Shown here: piece by piece, positions 1-14,506 of the stretch
Position numbering within the stretch: the stretch's first letter is position 1
How the letters are laid out: the number at the start of each line of letters is the position of its first letter
NCBI GenBank assembly: GCA_964247055.1
Contig: OZ176056.1
Span: 5,890,001 to 5,954,000, forward strand
Direction: 5' to 3'
DNA length: 64,000 nucleotides
DNA from: Paragordius varius
Lineage: Eukaryota > Animalia > Nematomorpha
Made by a program: the position numbers and the translations under genes
Notes under the pieces: generated by a model
Database searches by the model: none
What the model saw: the letters and a program-made list of their open reading frames with translations, nothing else
What the model was told of the DNA's origin: nothing

Positions 1-1550
1 TATATCCCAACCAATTATCGAATTATTACATTATATTTCCGTATTTAGGATATAAGAATTTAGATTTCACTGACTTCCGTGGAGCCAATGTATTTGGATT
101 TTCTTTCTTTCGTCAACTGATAATTATAAGAAATGCCATAGTAATGCAATAAATAGCTATCACAATATCACTTAAATTATAAAACATTAACATGACCTCA
201 AAAGTCTGATTGTTTTAATATATTAAAATTTTTGATAAGAGTCAATTCTAATAAATGAGATAGTATTAAAAAATGAGTACTTAATTGACATAACAGTTGA
301 AATAGTTGATTTTACATTTCGCTTGCATTCGCCAATAAAAGAATTTATATATCTGAAGATAAACTTGAATTGCCTCAGCCAATGAAAAGAAAGCTGTGCA
401 AATATCAATATACACTTCTTATTCAACGACACTCCAACAGCACGCAAAGCCTGGTTAAAGCATTTACGACTGCAAGAAATTATACTTTAACAGTAAAAAT
501 TTTCTTTTTTTATATAAATGATAGATATGTCCAAAAATAATTAAATGTATTGATAAAAACGAAAAAAGTAGACCTTTTTTCCTGTAAATTTATGGTGTTA
601 TCTATCAAATATAATTAAATTAGAAAAAACTATTTAATCTCTCTTCTTTATGTGTTTTTTAAACTGTTTTTATAATTAAAAATTTGACATGACACCAAAA
701 AAACGGTGTTTTCTTTTTGGCAAATTTTTCCTGGCTTATAAATACGTCATAGAATCAAGCAAGATGTTTATCCTCATAAATGTGAAAATAAGTTTAAAAA
801 TAACTTTAGAAAAGTTATTTTTACATCAAAATATATTAAAAAAACCACTGAAAAAAAATTAAAACTTTTTTCCTTTATGTTAAATTAATAATCTACCATT
901 TGTAGAGTTATGGAAATTAAGCTCACCTGATTCACTCTTATTTTCTTTTGATACTAATTTTATTTTAAATAAGGTCTTAAATTTATATAATTATATTTAT
1001 GAAATATATCTATGAGGTTTCAATTTTTCTGTAGAATGCCCATTACCTCTAAGTATAGAATTAAGCAATTACGCATGATTGAGATAAATAGGCCGTTAAA
1101 GATTCATGTATAATTTGTATACTTTTTTGAACAAAACACCGAATCCAGCATGTTAAAATTTAAGAAGAAAATAATTAAAGACAAAACATAAAAATATTTT
1201 ACAAAAAAACCAATTTTATAAATATCCTTTAACGATAAAATTAAAATAGCCTACTGAAATTTTTTCATAGTGCCACACCGCTAATGATTCAAACGAATTT
1301 TGACATTATTGCGCCATCAATAATCAAATATGTATTTTGGCGAATAACTTCTTAAAAAACTCTAAAGTATTAGTTCTTAGAATCTGTTGAATTCAATGTA
1401 TATTAAGTAAATTTAGTGCCTCAACATATCTCAAATCATAAATAGTGACCTTTAAGTCACTCTAATTACTGATGATTTTAGTTGCAATCCTTTTAAAAGA
1501 AAATTTATTGAGAATACAAAATCTTGGCAAAATCAATTAAAAATAAATCC

Positions 1551-1613
1551 CAGCCATAGTATTTGATTTTCCACTTTCTTTAGCTTCCATCCTAGATCCA
1601 TTATTTGCTACTT
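1551..1613 (-). pseudogene. Stalk micro-exon copy with mutated donor, (E)VANNGSRMEAKESGKSNTMA
   Basis: Acceptor aatatgcAG, 63-nt open phase 1-1 frame homologous to other copies; donor reads GGATTT instead of GTATTT. Confidence 0.6.
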
Positions 1614-2642
1614 CTGCATATTATAAAATACATACTATATAATTGCTATATCTAAGTTAATATATATTGCTAAGTTGATCATAAATGTAGTTATTATAAT
1701 TTAGAGACAACCCACTATATCTCTTAATCGGTAAATATATAATCTCAAAATAATAATTTTTAGCAATCGGCTATTTTTAAATAATTTGATATAATTTTTT
1801 ACAACATGTAAGTAAAGTGGTGAACATCAGATGGTTAAATAATTCACATTTTTTAATTTAATAATTTGGCTAATTTTGTTGAAAAAGCTTTCATATAATA
1901 TATAAAATAAAGTGTAATATCCATCAGATTGAAATAATTAAAAATTAAATTTTATTTTTTGAATATAATCGAACTTTCATCAAAATTATTTAAAGAATTT
2001 AAAAATTATTTTTCAAATTTGGCCTCATCGGAGTTTAATAAGCAAACTTTACAATTGGGGGTTTATAATTATCAATCCATTTAAAGAGAATCTTATGTTA
2101 TTTGTTTTATAAGCGGTGACTATTAAGTTCATGTCATCTAAGTTTACTGTAAAATAATTTTTTGAATTTGGGCACCACTGCCCTTATTTTTGTGTAATGT
2201 TACATTTCAGAATAAGACCATATGATAATATAAATAAAAAATGTTACTCAAAATTATATTTAACCATTGATATAAGAAATATAACTTTTAGCTATTATAC
2301 GAAAAAATATATACCAATTATAGTATTATTAGCAGAAACATTGTTCAAGTTTTCTTCGTCTTTAAATATTATATAGAATAAAGTATTTAATATTTTACGA
2401 TTGTTACTCAAAATTATATTTAACAATTGATATAAGAAATATCTTTTAGCTATTATATGAAAAAAAATCCAATTATATTAATATTAATAGCAGGAACATT
2501 GTTTTCGTCTTTAAATATTATTTAGAGTAAAGTATTTAATAGTTTACATTGTTATATTAATACTAAAACATCATTAATAAAATGCAAGGTCTAATATTTA
2601 TAAGAAATTGCAATAAGGGTTGTGCAATTATATAGCCTCACA

Positions 2643-3240
2643 CAGTGGCGGAACTATAAATTGTGGGCCCCCCAATCTTTAAATACTGGCCAACCATTCC
2701 CCAAAAAAAATCGTTTGAAGTTATCTTTTCACCTGGCGCCTCACTTAGATTCCTAAACATATATTTAAACCTATCCTACTATGAAGACTAAATTCCTAAT
2801 TCATAAATGGGACAGCTTGTTAAGTGAAGCTTTCTTTAATTCGCTATATTCGTTGATATAAACACATTGTCAACATATGCGTAGAATACGGGCCCATCTA
2901 GGAATAGCAGCGGGGAAACTGCTTAAATATAGATTAATTGCTAAAAGATATTTTTTCGGAATTCGGATAAATAAATTTTGACATTTGTTTAGTCAGAATA
3001 AATTATTTTTATGATAATATGGTTTTTTGATATTATAATAACAGGGCTTCGAACCGGTTCTAAAAAAGTAGAATTAGAACCGGACTTTAATTTCAAAATG
3101 AATCGCTTCCTTAAACAGCAATAGGTTCCAATACGACTTGATAAATATGTATTAATTAATGTATTGATTAAATGGAACATTAATGTGCGGACAGCCAAGT
3201 TTAAATTTTGAGAATGGCCCTCTTAAATTGCCGACCATTG
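2643..3240 (+). mobile_element. Truncated copy (left end) of hAT-type element; others at 7569-8450, 20018-20610, 30074-30980, 37141-37690, 40894-41490
   Basis: Same left TIR, same left flank GCCTCACA and colinear internal motifs. Confidence 0.8.
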
Positions 3241-4232
3241 TTTTGTTAATCCTTATCAAAATTACGAAATCGGAAATATTGTTTTAAAGAAGCAATTCTA
3301 TTTATTTGCGTTAAAGCTATAGAAATGGTTAGGGAACCTTATGCGGACGATGGGCCGCGTTTTTAACAGCCCCTTAAAGCACTACCTCTTTAAATCAAAA
3401 AATATCTTTTTAAATATTACTTTTGCCATTATGTAATATAAAATCTACCAATTGGAGTGTTACGGTCAGGCTGTCGACTCGATTCCCTCTTTTTTTCTTT
3501 TGCCACTAAAGTTATTATGAAAAATAAAGTCTTAAATTTATATAATTATATTATAAATTATATCATTATAAGATTTCAATTTTGCTGTAGGATATCTGAT
3601 AAAAAATTGAAACTTTTTGCATTATGTAAATTATCTCAGTAAGCCTAGTGATATATTCAGGCTACCACTGGATTCACTGTTATTTTCTTTTGACACGAAA
3701 GATATTATTTTAAATGAATAAATTTATACAATTATAATTATAAAATATATCAATATGAGGTTTCAATTTTCCTGATAACCCTTGCCTCTAAGTATGCAAT
3801 TAAGCTATTACGCATCATTCAGATAAATAGGCTGTTAAATATTCTTGCATTATTAAAACCGAATTCGGATGTTAAAATTGAAGAAGAAAATAATTAAAGA
3901 CATATCATAATAAGTAGTTACAACAAAACCAATTTGTTTAATAATCTTTTTATGTTAAAATTAATATAAAATAGCCTACTAAAATTTTTTCGATAGGGTG
4001 CCATACCGCTAATGATAACATTATTGCAATCAATAATTATTACTAAACTTAGAATGTGCTTTTTAAAATACTAACAAAATGTAGTGCCTCACCATATATC
4101 AAATCATAAATAGTAAAAATTCTATGAGCTTTCAGACACTATAACTATTGATGATTTTAGTTACAATCCTTTTTTTTCAAAGAAAATTTGTATCAAAGAT
4201 GTTGGCAAAAAATTAATTGAAAAAATAAATAC

Positions 4233-4295
4233 CAGAGATATTGCTAGGTTTTACACTCTCTCTAGATTTCATATCAGAACCAGCATTTGTTTCTT
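4233..4295 (-). CDS. Phase 1-1 micro-exon, (E)ETNAGSDMKSRESVKPSNIS
   Basis: atctttAG|AAGAAACA...ATCTCTG|GTATTT; 63 nt, no stop, N-x-S sequon. Confidence 0.72.
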
Positions 4296-5504
4296 CTAAA
4301 GATTTTAAAATACATAATAATAATTATTATTCAATCAAATTAAATGCTAAATCGGTCATAAATGTATCATAATTTTCATTCAACTCAATAATTCGAAAAT
4401 TTTTCATAAACAGGTTAGTTACACATTTAACCTAACACTTTACAGTTGGGATTTATTATAAAACGTTAAATATTCAGTCAAAGATATCAATATATAGAGT
4501 CTTATATTTATTTGTTTTATAAGCGACTTTTACGGTCATGTCATCTAAGTTATTGTAAAATTATTTTTTTGGATTTGGGTATTGCCCTTATTGCTGATAT
4601 TACATCATATTTTTCTAAAATTGCTTATATATTAATTATGCTAAAAGAAAAATACGATTTTTTGATCTGTTATTATCTGATAATATCATAATAATTTAAT
4701 ATCTCAAGTTTTATCATTTTATTTTTAATTATGGTTATTTTTCATTTTTTGCCTAATTTTGATTTTCTATCAATATTTGAAAAACTGTCGTTTATATAAA
4801 AATTTTCTGGCAAAAAATTCGCTGGTTAGAACTTTATGAAAAAAATAGAGATAAAAATTGACCTTCTTTTTTACACACAGTGAAATAGTTGTTAACTAAT
4901 TTATATCTATAAATATTTTTAAAGATTAATATGCCGTAAATTGGCTTTTCGATTAGCAATCACAAATTGGAAATAACTTTCTTTAATCTTGGGGCCCCCT
5001 ATAACAATTTTCTTACATATTTTTACGAGATTGTATATCATCATTTTGTGTTTAAAAATTAAAAATTCGCATATAAAAGATTAAATTTGAGCCATGTCAA
5101 AAATTAAATTATTTAGGCATGGGAATCATGTATTAAATATTACATTAAAATTATTTTTATTCAAAAAAAAAACGATTAATATATCTATAATCCAAACTTC
5201 TCAAAACTTAATATAAAACAAATAGCCTACTAAAACATTTTACGCTAATGATACCTATGAATTTTTACATAAATATTGTGCCATCAAAACTCAAATGTGT
5301 ATTTTGGCGAAAAATATAGTAGAATGTGTTTTTGAATTCAATATATATATTAAATAATTTTAATGGCTTAACATATCTCAAATTATAAATTTTAAAAATT
5401 GTATGATCTCTAAAACACTGTAATTATGTTGATTTTAGTTGCAATCCTTTTTTAAGATAATTTGTGAGAAACAATCAAGAAAAATAATTAGAATAACTAT
5501 ATAC

Positions 5505-5558
5505 CAGAGATATTCTTTAGTTTTACGTTTTCTTCCATTCTAGATCCATTTGTTACTT
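5505..5558 (-). CDS. Phase 1-1 micro-exon, (E)VTNGSRMEENVKLKNIS
   Basis: aaatgcAG|AAGTAACA...ATCTCTG|GTATAT; 54 nt, 9 nt shorter than the 63-nt type, frame preserved. Confidence 0.72.
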
Positions 5559-6377
5559 CTGCATTTTATAATACATAATATATAACTAATATATCTAAGT
5601 TAAATATTGCGAAATCGGTCATAAATGTAGTTTTTATAATTTTCATACAACCCACTAGATATCTCAATCGGAAAATATAGAATAACTCAAAATGATTTTT
5701 AGTAGTCGGCTATTTTTGACGAGTAAGTAAAGTGTGTGAACATCAGATGTTTAAATAATTAACATTTTTAAATTTAATAATTTGGCTACTTTTGAAAAAG
5801 CTTTCATATAGTATATAAAATAAAGTGTAATAATCCATCAGATTGAAATAATTAAATTAAATTTAATTTTTTGAATATAATCGAACTTTCATCAAAATTA
5901 TTTAAAGAATTTAAAAATTATTTTTCAAATTTGGCCTCATCGGAGTTTAAAAAGCAAACTTAACAATTGGGGGTTTATAATTATCAATCCATTTAAAGAG
6001 AATCTTATGTTATTTGTTTTCTAAGCGGTGACTTTTAAGTTCATGTCATCTAAGTTTACTGTAAAATAATTTTTTGAATTTGGGCACCACTGCCCTTATT
6101 TTGGTGTTATGTTACATTTCAGAATAAGGCCATATGATAATATAAATAAAAAATTAATTAGATAATGTTACTCAAAATTATATTTAACCATTAATATAAG
6201 AAATATAACTTTTAGCTATTATACGAAAAAAAATATACCAATTGTATTAGTATTATTGTTAGCAGGAACATTGCCCATGTTTTCTTCGGAATCTTCAAAT
6301 GATATTTAGAGTAAAGTATTTAATATTTTACACTGTTATATGAATAAAACATCATTAGTAAAATGCAAGGTGTAATA

Positions 6378-7506
6378 TACCATTTTTCATGCAAAAACAT
6401 CATTTTTTCAACCAAATGCAACATTTTTTCAACCAAACGCAACATTTTTTCAACCAAACGCAACATTTTTTCAAGCAAACGCAACATTTTTTCAAGCAAA
6501 GACATCATTTTTTCAAGCAAACGCAACATTTTTTCAAGCAAACGCAACATTTTTTCAAGCAAACGCAACATTTTTTCAAGCAAACGCAACATTTTTTCAA
6601 GCAAACGCAACATTTTTTCAACCAAAGACAACAGTTTTTCAAGCAAAAACAACAATTTTTTAAAAATTAAAAACCATTTTTTTTATTTTAATACATATTA
6701 AATTTAAAGTTAATGGAAATTAAATTTAGCGTAGAATTATGATTTTTATTATTTTATAATAAATATGTGATGGTATGATTGATTTTCAAACAAAATTTTG
6801 CCCATAATTGCATTATTTATATTATTTTATTCTTTTACAACTTTAGTTTAACCTTATCAGTCCATACATTTTGCACTTCAAAATTGTCCTTGAAAATTAA
6901 AAGTTGGTCCTAGAACACTTCAATTTGGTCCTTCAATATTTTAATTTTGATTCTAACTTTTATTAATCAAGCAATATTTTATTCATCTATCCTATCATTA
7001 ACCTATTTTCTTTATTTCCTAAACTTTTAAGGGAATACCATTTCTTTCATAAGAACCGTATATCAATATTATTTTTTATAAAAAATTTAACATTATTAAA
7101 CATCTAGGATTTGTGGGTTATTAATCGTAATATTTAGTTTAAAACATCAATAAGTTAATAATATTGATTTAAAGATGTTTGAAAATCAATCATACCATCA
7201 CATATTTATGATAAAATAATAAAAATCATAATTCTACGCTAAAATTAATTTCCATTAACTTTAAATTTAATATGTCTTAAAATAAAAAAAATGGTTTTTT
7301 ATTTTAAAAAAATTGTTGTTTTTGCTTGAAAAAATGTTGTCTATGGTTGAAAAAATGTTGCGTTTGCTTGAAAAAATGTTGCGTTTGCTTGAAAAAATGA
7401 TGACTTTGCTTGAAAAAATGTTGCGTTTGCTTGAAAGAATGTTGCGTTTGTTTGAAAAAATGTTGCATTTGGTTGAAAAAATGATGTTTTTGCATGAAAA
7501 ATGGTA
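6378..7506. mobile_element. Non-autonomous TIR element (Tc1/mariner-like, TA TSD) with ~400-bp TIRs containing a 21-bp minisatellite
   Basis: TA|TACCATTTTTCATGC...GCATGAAAAATGGTA|TA; empty site ggtgtaaTAtttatctg at 40826-40841. Confidence 0.85.
6385..6660 (+). repeat. 21-bp minisatellite (CATTTTTTCAAGCAAACGCAA)n; also at 7315-7495, 21455-21645, 22380-22645
   Basis: Contiguous units without spacers; produces the heptad ORFs MLRLLEK / TQHFFKQ. Confidence 0.95.
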
Positions 7507-8453
7507 TATTTATCTGAATATATTGCAAAAAGGGTTGTGCAGTTAAAATGTGCCCTTATAGCCTCACACAGTGGCGGAACTATAAATTGTGGGCCCCCCC
7601 GCAAGCTTTAAATACTGGCCAACCTTTGCCCCCCAAAAAATCGTATGAAGTTATCTTTTGACCTGGCGCCTCACTTAGATTCCTAAACATATATTTAAAT
7701 CCTACTATGAAGACTAATTTCCTAATTCATAAATGGGACAGCTTGTTAAGTGAAGCTTTCTTTAATTCGCTATATTCGTTGATATAAACACATTGTCAAC
7801 ATATGTGTAGAATACGGGTCTATCTAGGAATAGCAGCGGGGAAACCTTAAATATAAATTAATTGCTAAATATTATTTTTTAGAATTCGTATAAATAAATT
7901 TTGACATTTGTTTAGTCAGAATAAATTATTTTTTTGATAATATGGTTTTTTGATATTATAAAAACAGGCCTTCGAACCGGTCTAAAAAAGTGGAATTAGA
8001 ACCGGGCTTTAATTTCAAAATAAATCGCTTCCTAAAACAGCAACAGGTTCCAATACAACTTGATAAATATGAAATAAGATTGATTAAATGGAACATTAAT
8101 GTGCGGACCGCCAAGTTTTTAAATTTTAAAAATGGCCCATTAAAATTGCTGACCACTGTTTAAGTGTGTGATGAAAGTTTATCGAAAATTTGTTAACTAA
8201 AGATAAATTTCAAAATAACATGAATCAAAGGTTAAAAACATTAGAAAAATAATGCACATTTGTATACCAGACATATGTTAGCCAATTGACTTAATAATAA
8301 AATATGTGAAATAACAATCATTCTGTTAAAATTTAATGAATGTCCTTCAGGATTGCAATACAAAACATTTTTTACAAAATTAAAGTTATTTCTCATACAA
8401 TGTTGTAAAATGAATTGACCCACATTAATGTGGTTGGCCTGCATTAATTGCAT

Positions 8454-11400
8454 ATTCCATCCAACGCGTTTTAGGGCGCCCTTTCCCCTCTTGCCTTCAC
8501 AATATAATCATCAATCTGTTTACCAATGTAATTATTATCTCTTCTTTTAACATGTCCGAACCATCTTAAACGATGTACCATAAAACTTTTGCGTTATTGG
8601 TTTGATTTCCGTACTTCCTCTTATGTAGACATTCTTCACCTTGTCATTCCTCGTTACACCGCACATCAATCTAAGCATTCTCATTTCAGTAACCTCCAAG
8701 TTCTTTTCTGATTTCTTTATTGCCCATGTCTGTGAGTTGTACATCATTTTTGGCTGTACAACAGCACTGTAAATCTGACCCTTTACTTTTAGGTCAATAT
8801 TTTTGTCACACAAAACATATGAGATCTTTTTATAATTTGCCCAACTATTTCGAATTCTTAAATTAATATCAAGTGTTAAAGAACCATCTGCTGCTAAAAT
8901 CGCTCCTAAATATTTGCATTCCTCCTGTTTAATACCCACCCTTCTTCTAATTCTGTTTCTCGTTTTTTCCCGCCAAAATTTATCAGTTCTGTTTTCTTTT
9001 TATTAACTTTTAATCCGCATCGTCGTAACAAATCAATCCATTTACCCACCAATTCTTTCAATTCATGCAACTCGTCGGACAGCCTTATTAGGTCGTCTGC
9101 ATAAAGTAAATACAGCCACCATGTTGCCCCACTTCTTTTGAAATTTGGTCTATGCATATTATAAATAGTAACGGGCTGATTGCAGACACCTGATAGACCC
9201 CTTCGTTTATTTTAATAGGACCTGATACTCCCTGGTGTGTTATTTTGGTTTGGGAATCGTACATGCATTTTAAAATCTTTTTGTAACTTTCAGGGACGTT
9301 TTTCCGTCTTAAGCTCCACCATATTGTGCTTTGTGGTATTCTGTCATAAGCCTTTTCAATATCAATACAAATACCATGCAACTCCTTTTTCATTTCTATA
9401 TGCTTCTCGATTAGCCTTCTTACTGCGATCGGATCAATGGTGGACTTTCCTGAAAAAAAACCAAATTGATTACCCTCTATACTAACCATTTTTCTCATTC
9501 TTTTCTATTGTACTTTCTCAAATAACTTCATTGTATGCGACATCTCTAATTATTACAATCATTAATATCTCCTTTACCCTTGAAAATGGGAACAGTGAAA
9601 CTATCCTTCCATTCGGTTGGTATCATGCCTGTAGTAACTACATTATTAAAAATATCCGTCAAAAATTCAATACCTTTCTCTGACATTATTTTCCAACAGT
9701 TTATGTTATTATCGTCCGGACCTGCAGCCTTATTTATTGACATCTCTTTCAAACCAGCCTGGACTTCTTCTTTTGTTATACTTTCAATATGCGCAGATAT
9801 ATAATCTGGTGTTTCATGAAAATTTGTTTCACTGACGCCCAATTCAAGCTCCTGGAAGTATTCTTTCCACCTTTTCAATATTTTCGATTCCTCAACGAGT
9901 AATTTGCCGTTTTTATCTTTAGCTGTCCCGTAAGGGGGCAAGTCTAGCTTTCTTCTGTGTCTTTGTCGAGCAATTTTAAAAACTTTGTTTAGATCTTGCT
10001 TACTGTTTACCTCTTTATATAATGATGCAGTCTTTTCTTTTTTGACCAATCTTACAAGCCTTTTAAGTTCCTTATTAATCCTTTTACATTTTTCCTTGTC
10101 TCCTGCTTGGTGGGTAAACCTCCACATTTCAAAAGCTTTATTTCAGCCATGCCTCTCTATAAACCTGATTTCTGCCACCTTTCATTCCGCACACCTTAAC
10201 TCCCGCCTTCTTATTTTTTTTGGCAATTGAGACCAAACATTTTCTGGATCACTGTACCTGTCTAGTATGCCTACCGTTTCTACAAATCTCTCTTTACTGT
10301 TTCTTAGGAATTCCCATTTAATTACCTTCGGCGCTATAAGCTTAGGCTTTTCGGCATTTATTGGTATATCTGTCATATATTCACATAATTAAATTATGTT
10401 GTGTACTAATTTGCAGGTAGGTTGGACTTTGCAGTCCAAAACAAACTTTAAAGACTTTCGTGGCAATAGAATATAATCAATTTGTAACTTCTTATTTCCA
10501 CTTTCGTAGGTAATTAAGTGGCTATCCCTTTTAGTGTATTTGCCATAGCAATGTTATAGGATTGGGCAAATTTTAATAAACTAGCCCCTTCTTCAATTAT
10601 GACCCTGTAACCTTTTCCGCCGTGCCAAGGCTCAAACCTCTCCTATTTTGTCCCACGTGCCCATTGAAATCACCACAAAATATGATTTCTTTGTCTTTCG
10701 TTAATGAAGTCATTTCTGCGTCTAACAAATCATAAAATTTATCTTTCTCCGGTTTAGCTAACCCTATCTGGGGGGCCTAAACGCTAAAGATAGTAAAAAC
10801 CCTCTTATTTAACAATAGGTCGACACTTATAATTCTACTGTCAGCACGTCTAACATCAATTACTTGATTGGCAAATCATGAACACACTATTATGGCGACC
10901 CTACTGTAACCATCCGTAGAACCTGAATAAAACATTTTATAATTATCCTCTAATGTCTTAGTACCATTTCCACGGTATCTGGTCTCCTGAATGCCCAAAA
11001 AATTTACTTTTTTTACCCTCATAATTTAACTAAATCATATTACTTACTTTTTAACGAACCAACATTTATACTGGCAAAACACACTCTACAACATTCCTTA
11101 TCCCTATTGACCCCTACCTCCGTGCAATGGCTGGATCTGGCCTGCACGCCTTACAAAAAACACCCATAAAAAACAAAAATACAATATAGAAGAATAATAA
11201 TAGATAAAAATAAAAACTAAAATATATAGGAACTAATATGTAAATGCAACCAAAAAGAATCAAAATATTTGAACCAAAAAATAAAAAAAATACATAAATA
11301 AATTATATCAATAAATAAAAATGAAATTAAATACGCATCTTTACAACTGAGGAATTAGAATTATGATTTGGAATATGTAATAATAAAACAATAAATAGAA

Positions 11401-11465
11401 AAATTATAAGAAAAATATTATAAAGGTAATTACGCGCCATTTTTGAATGAATGTCTCAGTAATAT
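8454..11465 (-). mobile_element. Degenerate RTE-clade non-LTR retrotransposon (APE + RT), 3' end deleted
   Basis: Frameshifted fragments with YADD, NQFGF..GKSTIDP, YLGAIL, KGRPKTRW, IDYIL (ORFs 8547-10376 minus). Confidence 0.93.
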
Positions 11466-13165
11466 ATAAAATTATCCATCAGATCGATATAATTAAAAAT
11501 ATTATATATAATTTAGTATTTTAAAGATAATTAGACTTTAATCAAAATTTAATTATTTGGAGTGAAAAAAGTCATTTATCAAATTTCTATGCATTGGAGT
11601 CTAAATATATATTTGCAAAATTTATTAACAGGTTAGATAAACATTTGGCCTGACAACCAACTTTACAATTGGCGGTAATTAAAATTAATTAGTCATTGTT
11701 ACTCTAAATTATAAAAAACCATTGATATAAAAATTATAACTTTATGCTATTATATAAAAAAAATATACCAATTGGATTAGTGTCATTGTTAGCAGGCGCA
11801 ACCTTAGATGGACTCGCAATGTTTCCTTTGGAATCTTAAATATTAGTTAGAGTGAAATAATTAATAATTTACATCGTTATATTAATAGAACATTATTAAT
11901 AAAATGCGAGGTCTATTGAAGAATATCTTGCAAAAAAGGGTTTTGCAGTCAAAAATTATACCCTTATAGCCTCATAATCAAACGCTATTTTCTTGTTTTA
12001 TAATTCACAAAAGCGTTTTTATAATTGCGAAAATATTCTTGATTGGGTAAATTATAAATTAATCGGAATATCAATCAAACTTTTTCAAATGTTCGGGAAA
12101 ACGTTTTGATTGACTGGGAAAACGTTTAGTTCGATTAGAAAATTTCGATTCATATGATTATTAAACAAAATATATGAATAACAGTATGATTACACATTTA
12201 TTTTATGAACTAGATTTTATCACTATATTTGGGAGTCGACTAATCTAAACTTTGTTTTAGATATCAAAACAGGAGATTAATTACTTTACGGTGTAATTTA
12301 TTTTGGGTTTAGAGCATTTTTAACATTATGCACCTACTAAATTAATATACAATGGTGTTAGTTCTTGCCAAAATTCCGAAATATCAAATTGTTTTAGAGA
12401 AGCAATATTATTTTAATGTTAAAGCTAAAAAATGGTAAGGAAACCGATGGATAATGGGCCGTGTTTTTAACACCCTCTGTAATGTACTACCTTAATTGTG
12501 ATACCATGTATTAAAATAATATCCACATAAACGTGAAAATAAATTTAGGAAATAACTTTTATATAAAATATTTTTACTATAAAATATATTAATGAACCAC
12601 TAATAAAAGAACTTTTGCCATTTGTAATATATAATCTACCAGTTGTAGTGTTATGGGCTTCAAACTCACCATTGGTTTCATTCTTTTTTTGTTTTGACCC
12701 TATAGTTATTATTTTAATTAAATTTTAATATATAATTATATTCATAAAAGATTCAATTTTTCTGCAGGATACCCTCTGCTAAGTATGCAATTACAATTAC
12801 GCATGATCGAGAGAAATTGGCCGTTAATATTTTTGTAAAGTTTGTATACTTTTTTAACAAAACACCGAATTCAGCATGATAAAATTTAATAAGAAAATAA
12901 TTAAATACATAAAATTTTTTAAAAAACTATTATGTATAAATAACCTTTTTATGATAAAATTATGCGCCATCAATCAAATAATATGTATTAAGGCGAATAA
13001 TTCTTTAAAAAAACTCTCAAGTATTAGTTAACTTAGAATGTGTTTTTAAGTTCAATATATACTAACAAAATATATCTGCACTATACTTATTGATTTTAGT
13101 TAGAATACTTTTTTTCAAAACAAAATTTGTTGAAAATCTTGGAAATCAATTAAAAATATAAATAC

Positions 13166-13225
13166 CAGATATATTATTTGGTTTTCCACTTTCTTTAGAT
13201 TCCATATCAGCTCTATCGATTGTTT
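13166..13225 (-). CDS. Phase 1-1 micro-exon, (E/K)TIDRADMESKESGKPNNIS
   Basis: tttaacAG|AAACAATC...ATATCTG|GTATTT; 60 nt, open. Confidence 0.72.
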
Positions 13226-13772
13226 CTGTTAAAGATTTTAAAATACATAATATATAATTAATATTAAACTATATTGCTAAATCGGCCATCAATGTAGTTT
13301 TTAAATATTTCATACAATTCACTGGATCTCTCAATAAATTATTGAAAAACTCAAAATGGTTTTCTGCTATTTTTGAAGGATAATTTCGTTTAAGCTTTTA
13401 CAGCATCTAACTTAAATGAATTAGTTTGTATAAATATCCATTTACGATAAAATTAATATAAAATAGACTACTAAATTTTTTCAATATAGTACCACACCGC
13501 TAATGATTCATACGAAGTTTGACATTATTGCGCCATAAATAATCAAATGTGTATTCTGGCGAATAACTCCTTAAAAAACTTTAAAATATTAGTTAACTTA
13601 GAATCTGTTGAATTCAATGTATATTAAATAAATTTAGTGCCTCAACATATCTCAAATCATAATAGTGACCTCTAGATCACTGTAATTACGAATGATTTTA
13701 GTTGCAATCCGTTTTTTGAAGAAATTTTGTTAAAAGATCTTGGCAAAAAAATTAAATAAAAAAACTATATAC

Positions 13773-13832
13773 TAGACGTGGTATTTGATTTTCCACTTTC
13801 ATTAGATTTCATCTCAGTTCCATTAGTTACTT
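13773..13832 (-). CDS. Phase 1-1 micro-exon, (E)VTNGTEMKSNESGKSNTTS
   Basis: atctccAG|AAGTAACT...ACGTCTA|GTATAT; 60 nt, open. Confidence 0.72.
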
Positions 13833-14455
13833 CTGGAGATTCTAAAATAAATAATATATAATTAATATTTATAAATTAAATTATATTGCTAAATCGGTTA
13901 TAAAGTACTTTTTGTTATTTTCATATAATTCACTAGATCTCTCAATCGGAAAATATAGATGACTAAAAATGATGATTTTATTAGTCTTAACATAAAAGTT
14001 AAATCATTATAACCTATTAAATTTATCTCTCTAATAATTACTATGAAATTGGTATAACTATTTATTATATCTTTTATATTTTAGCAACTAACTATTATAT
14101 AAACCTTAAGTTCTAAACAAGTAATTTAAGAAAGTCTTTTTTAAATTTAATATATACATCATTCTCAGTCAAAAGGAACATTTTTTAAGCAAAGACAACT
14201 GATGAAATGTAAGTTTGCATGAACAAATGTTGTCTTTGCTTGTAAATGTTGCTTTTGGCTGTAAAAACGTTGCATTTGACTGAAAAAGTGTTTGGCTGAA
14301 AAACGGTATGTTAATTTTCCTCAACAAATATGTCTAATTAAATTTCTAAGACCCATGTAATTATTGATGATTAAAATGGTTATCGAAGTTTTGTAATAAA
14401 TTGTGGTAAGCTTGATCTTAGGTTAAAACAAAAAATAAATTAAACAATTATATAC

Positions 14456-14506
14456 CATAAATAGTAGTTGACCTTACGTTCTTTGTTTTAGTTTCCGTCT
14501 CCATAT
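14456..14506 (-). CDS. Divergent phase 1-1 micro-exon, (D)METETKTKNVRSTTIY
   Basis: cttcaatattAG|ATATGGAG...ATTTATG|GTATAT; 51 nt, open, GC-richer than flanks, not in the standard repeat flank. Confidence 0.5.

Noticed and set aside
1760-1815. Conserved plus-strand GTAAGT with upstream ttttAG in each unit
   Set aside because: Intervening length varies by non-multiples of 3 and has no consistent frame.
2989-3642. Recurrent short ORFs in array units (MAVRTLMFHL..., MLRSGCRLDS..., MRMALLNCR...)
   Set aside because: Frames are not preserved between copies; they lie in the hAT element or intron repeats.
6385-6660. CRISPR-like regular repeats
   Set aside because: Units are contiguous with no unique spacers, there are no cas genes, and the context is eukaryotic.
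6320-6701. Heptad-repeat ORFs (MLRLLEK, TQHFFKQ), also at 7304-7604, 21430-21651, 22371-22685
   Set aside because: Open on both strands and in several frames because the 21-bp unit lacks stops; they lie inside MITE TIRs.
9237-10230. Plus-strand ORFs 9237, 9580, 9985 (and 25210, 25284)
   Set aside because: Antisense shadows of the RTE reverse transcriptase.
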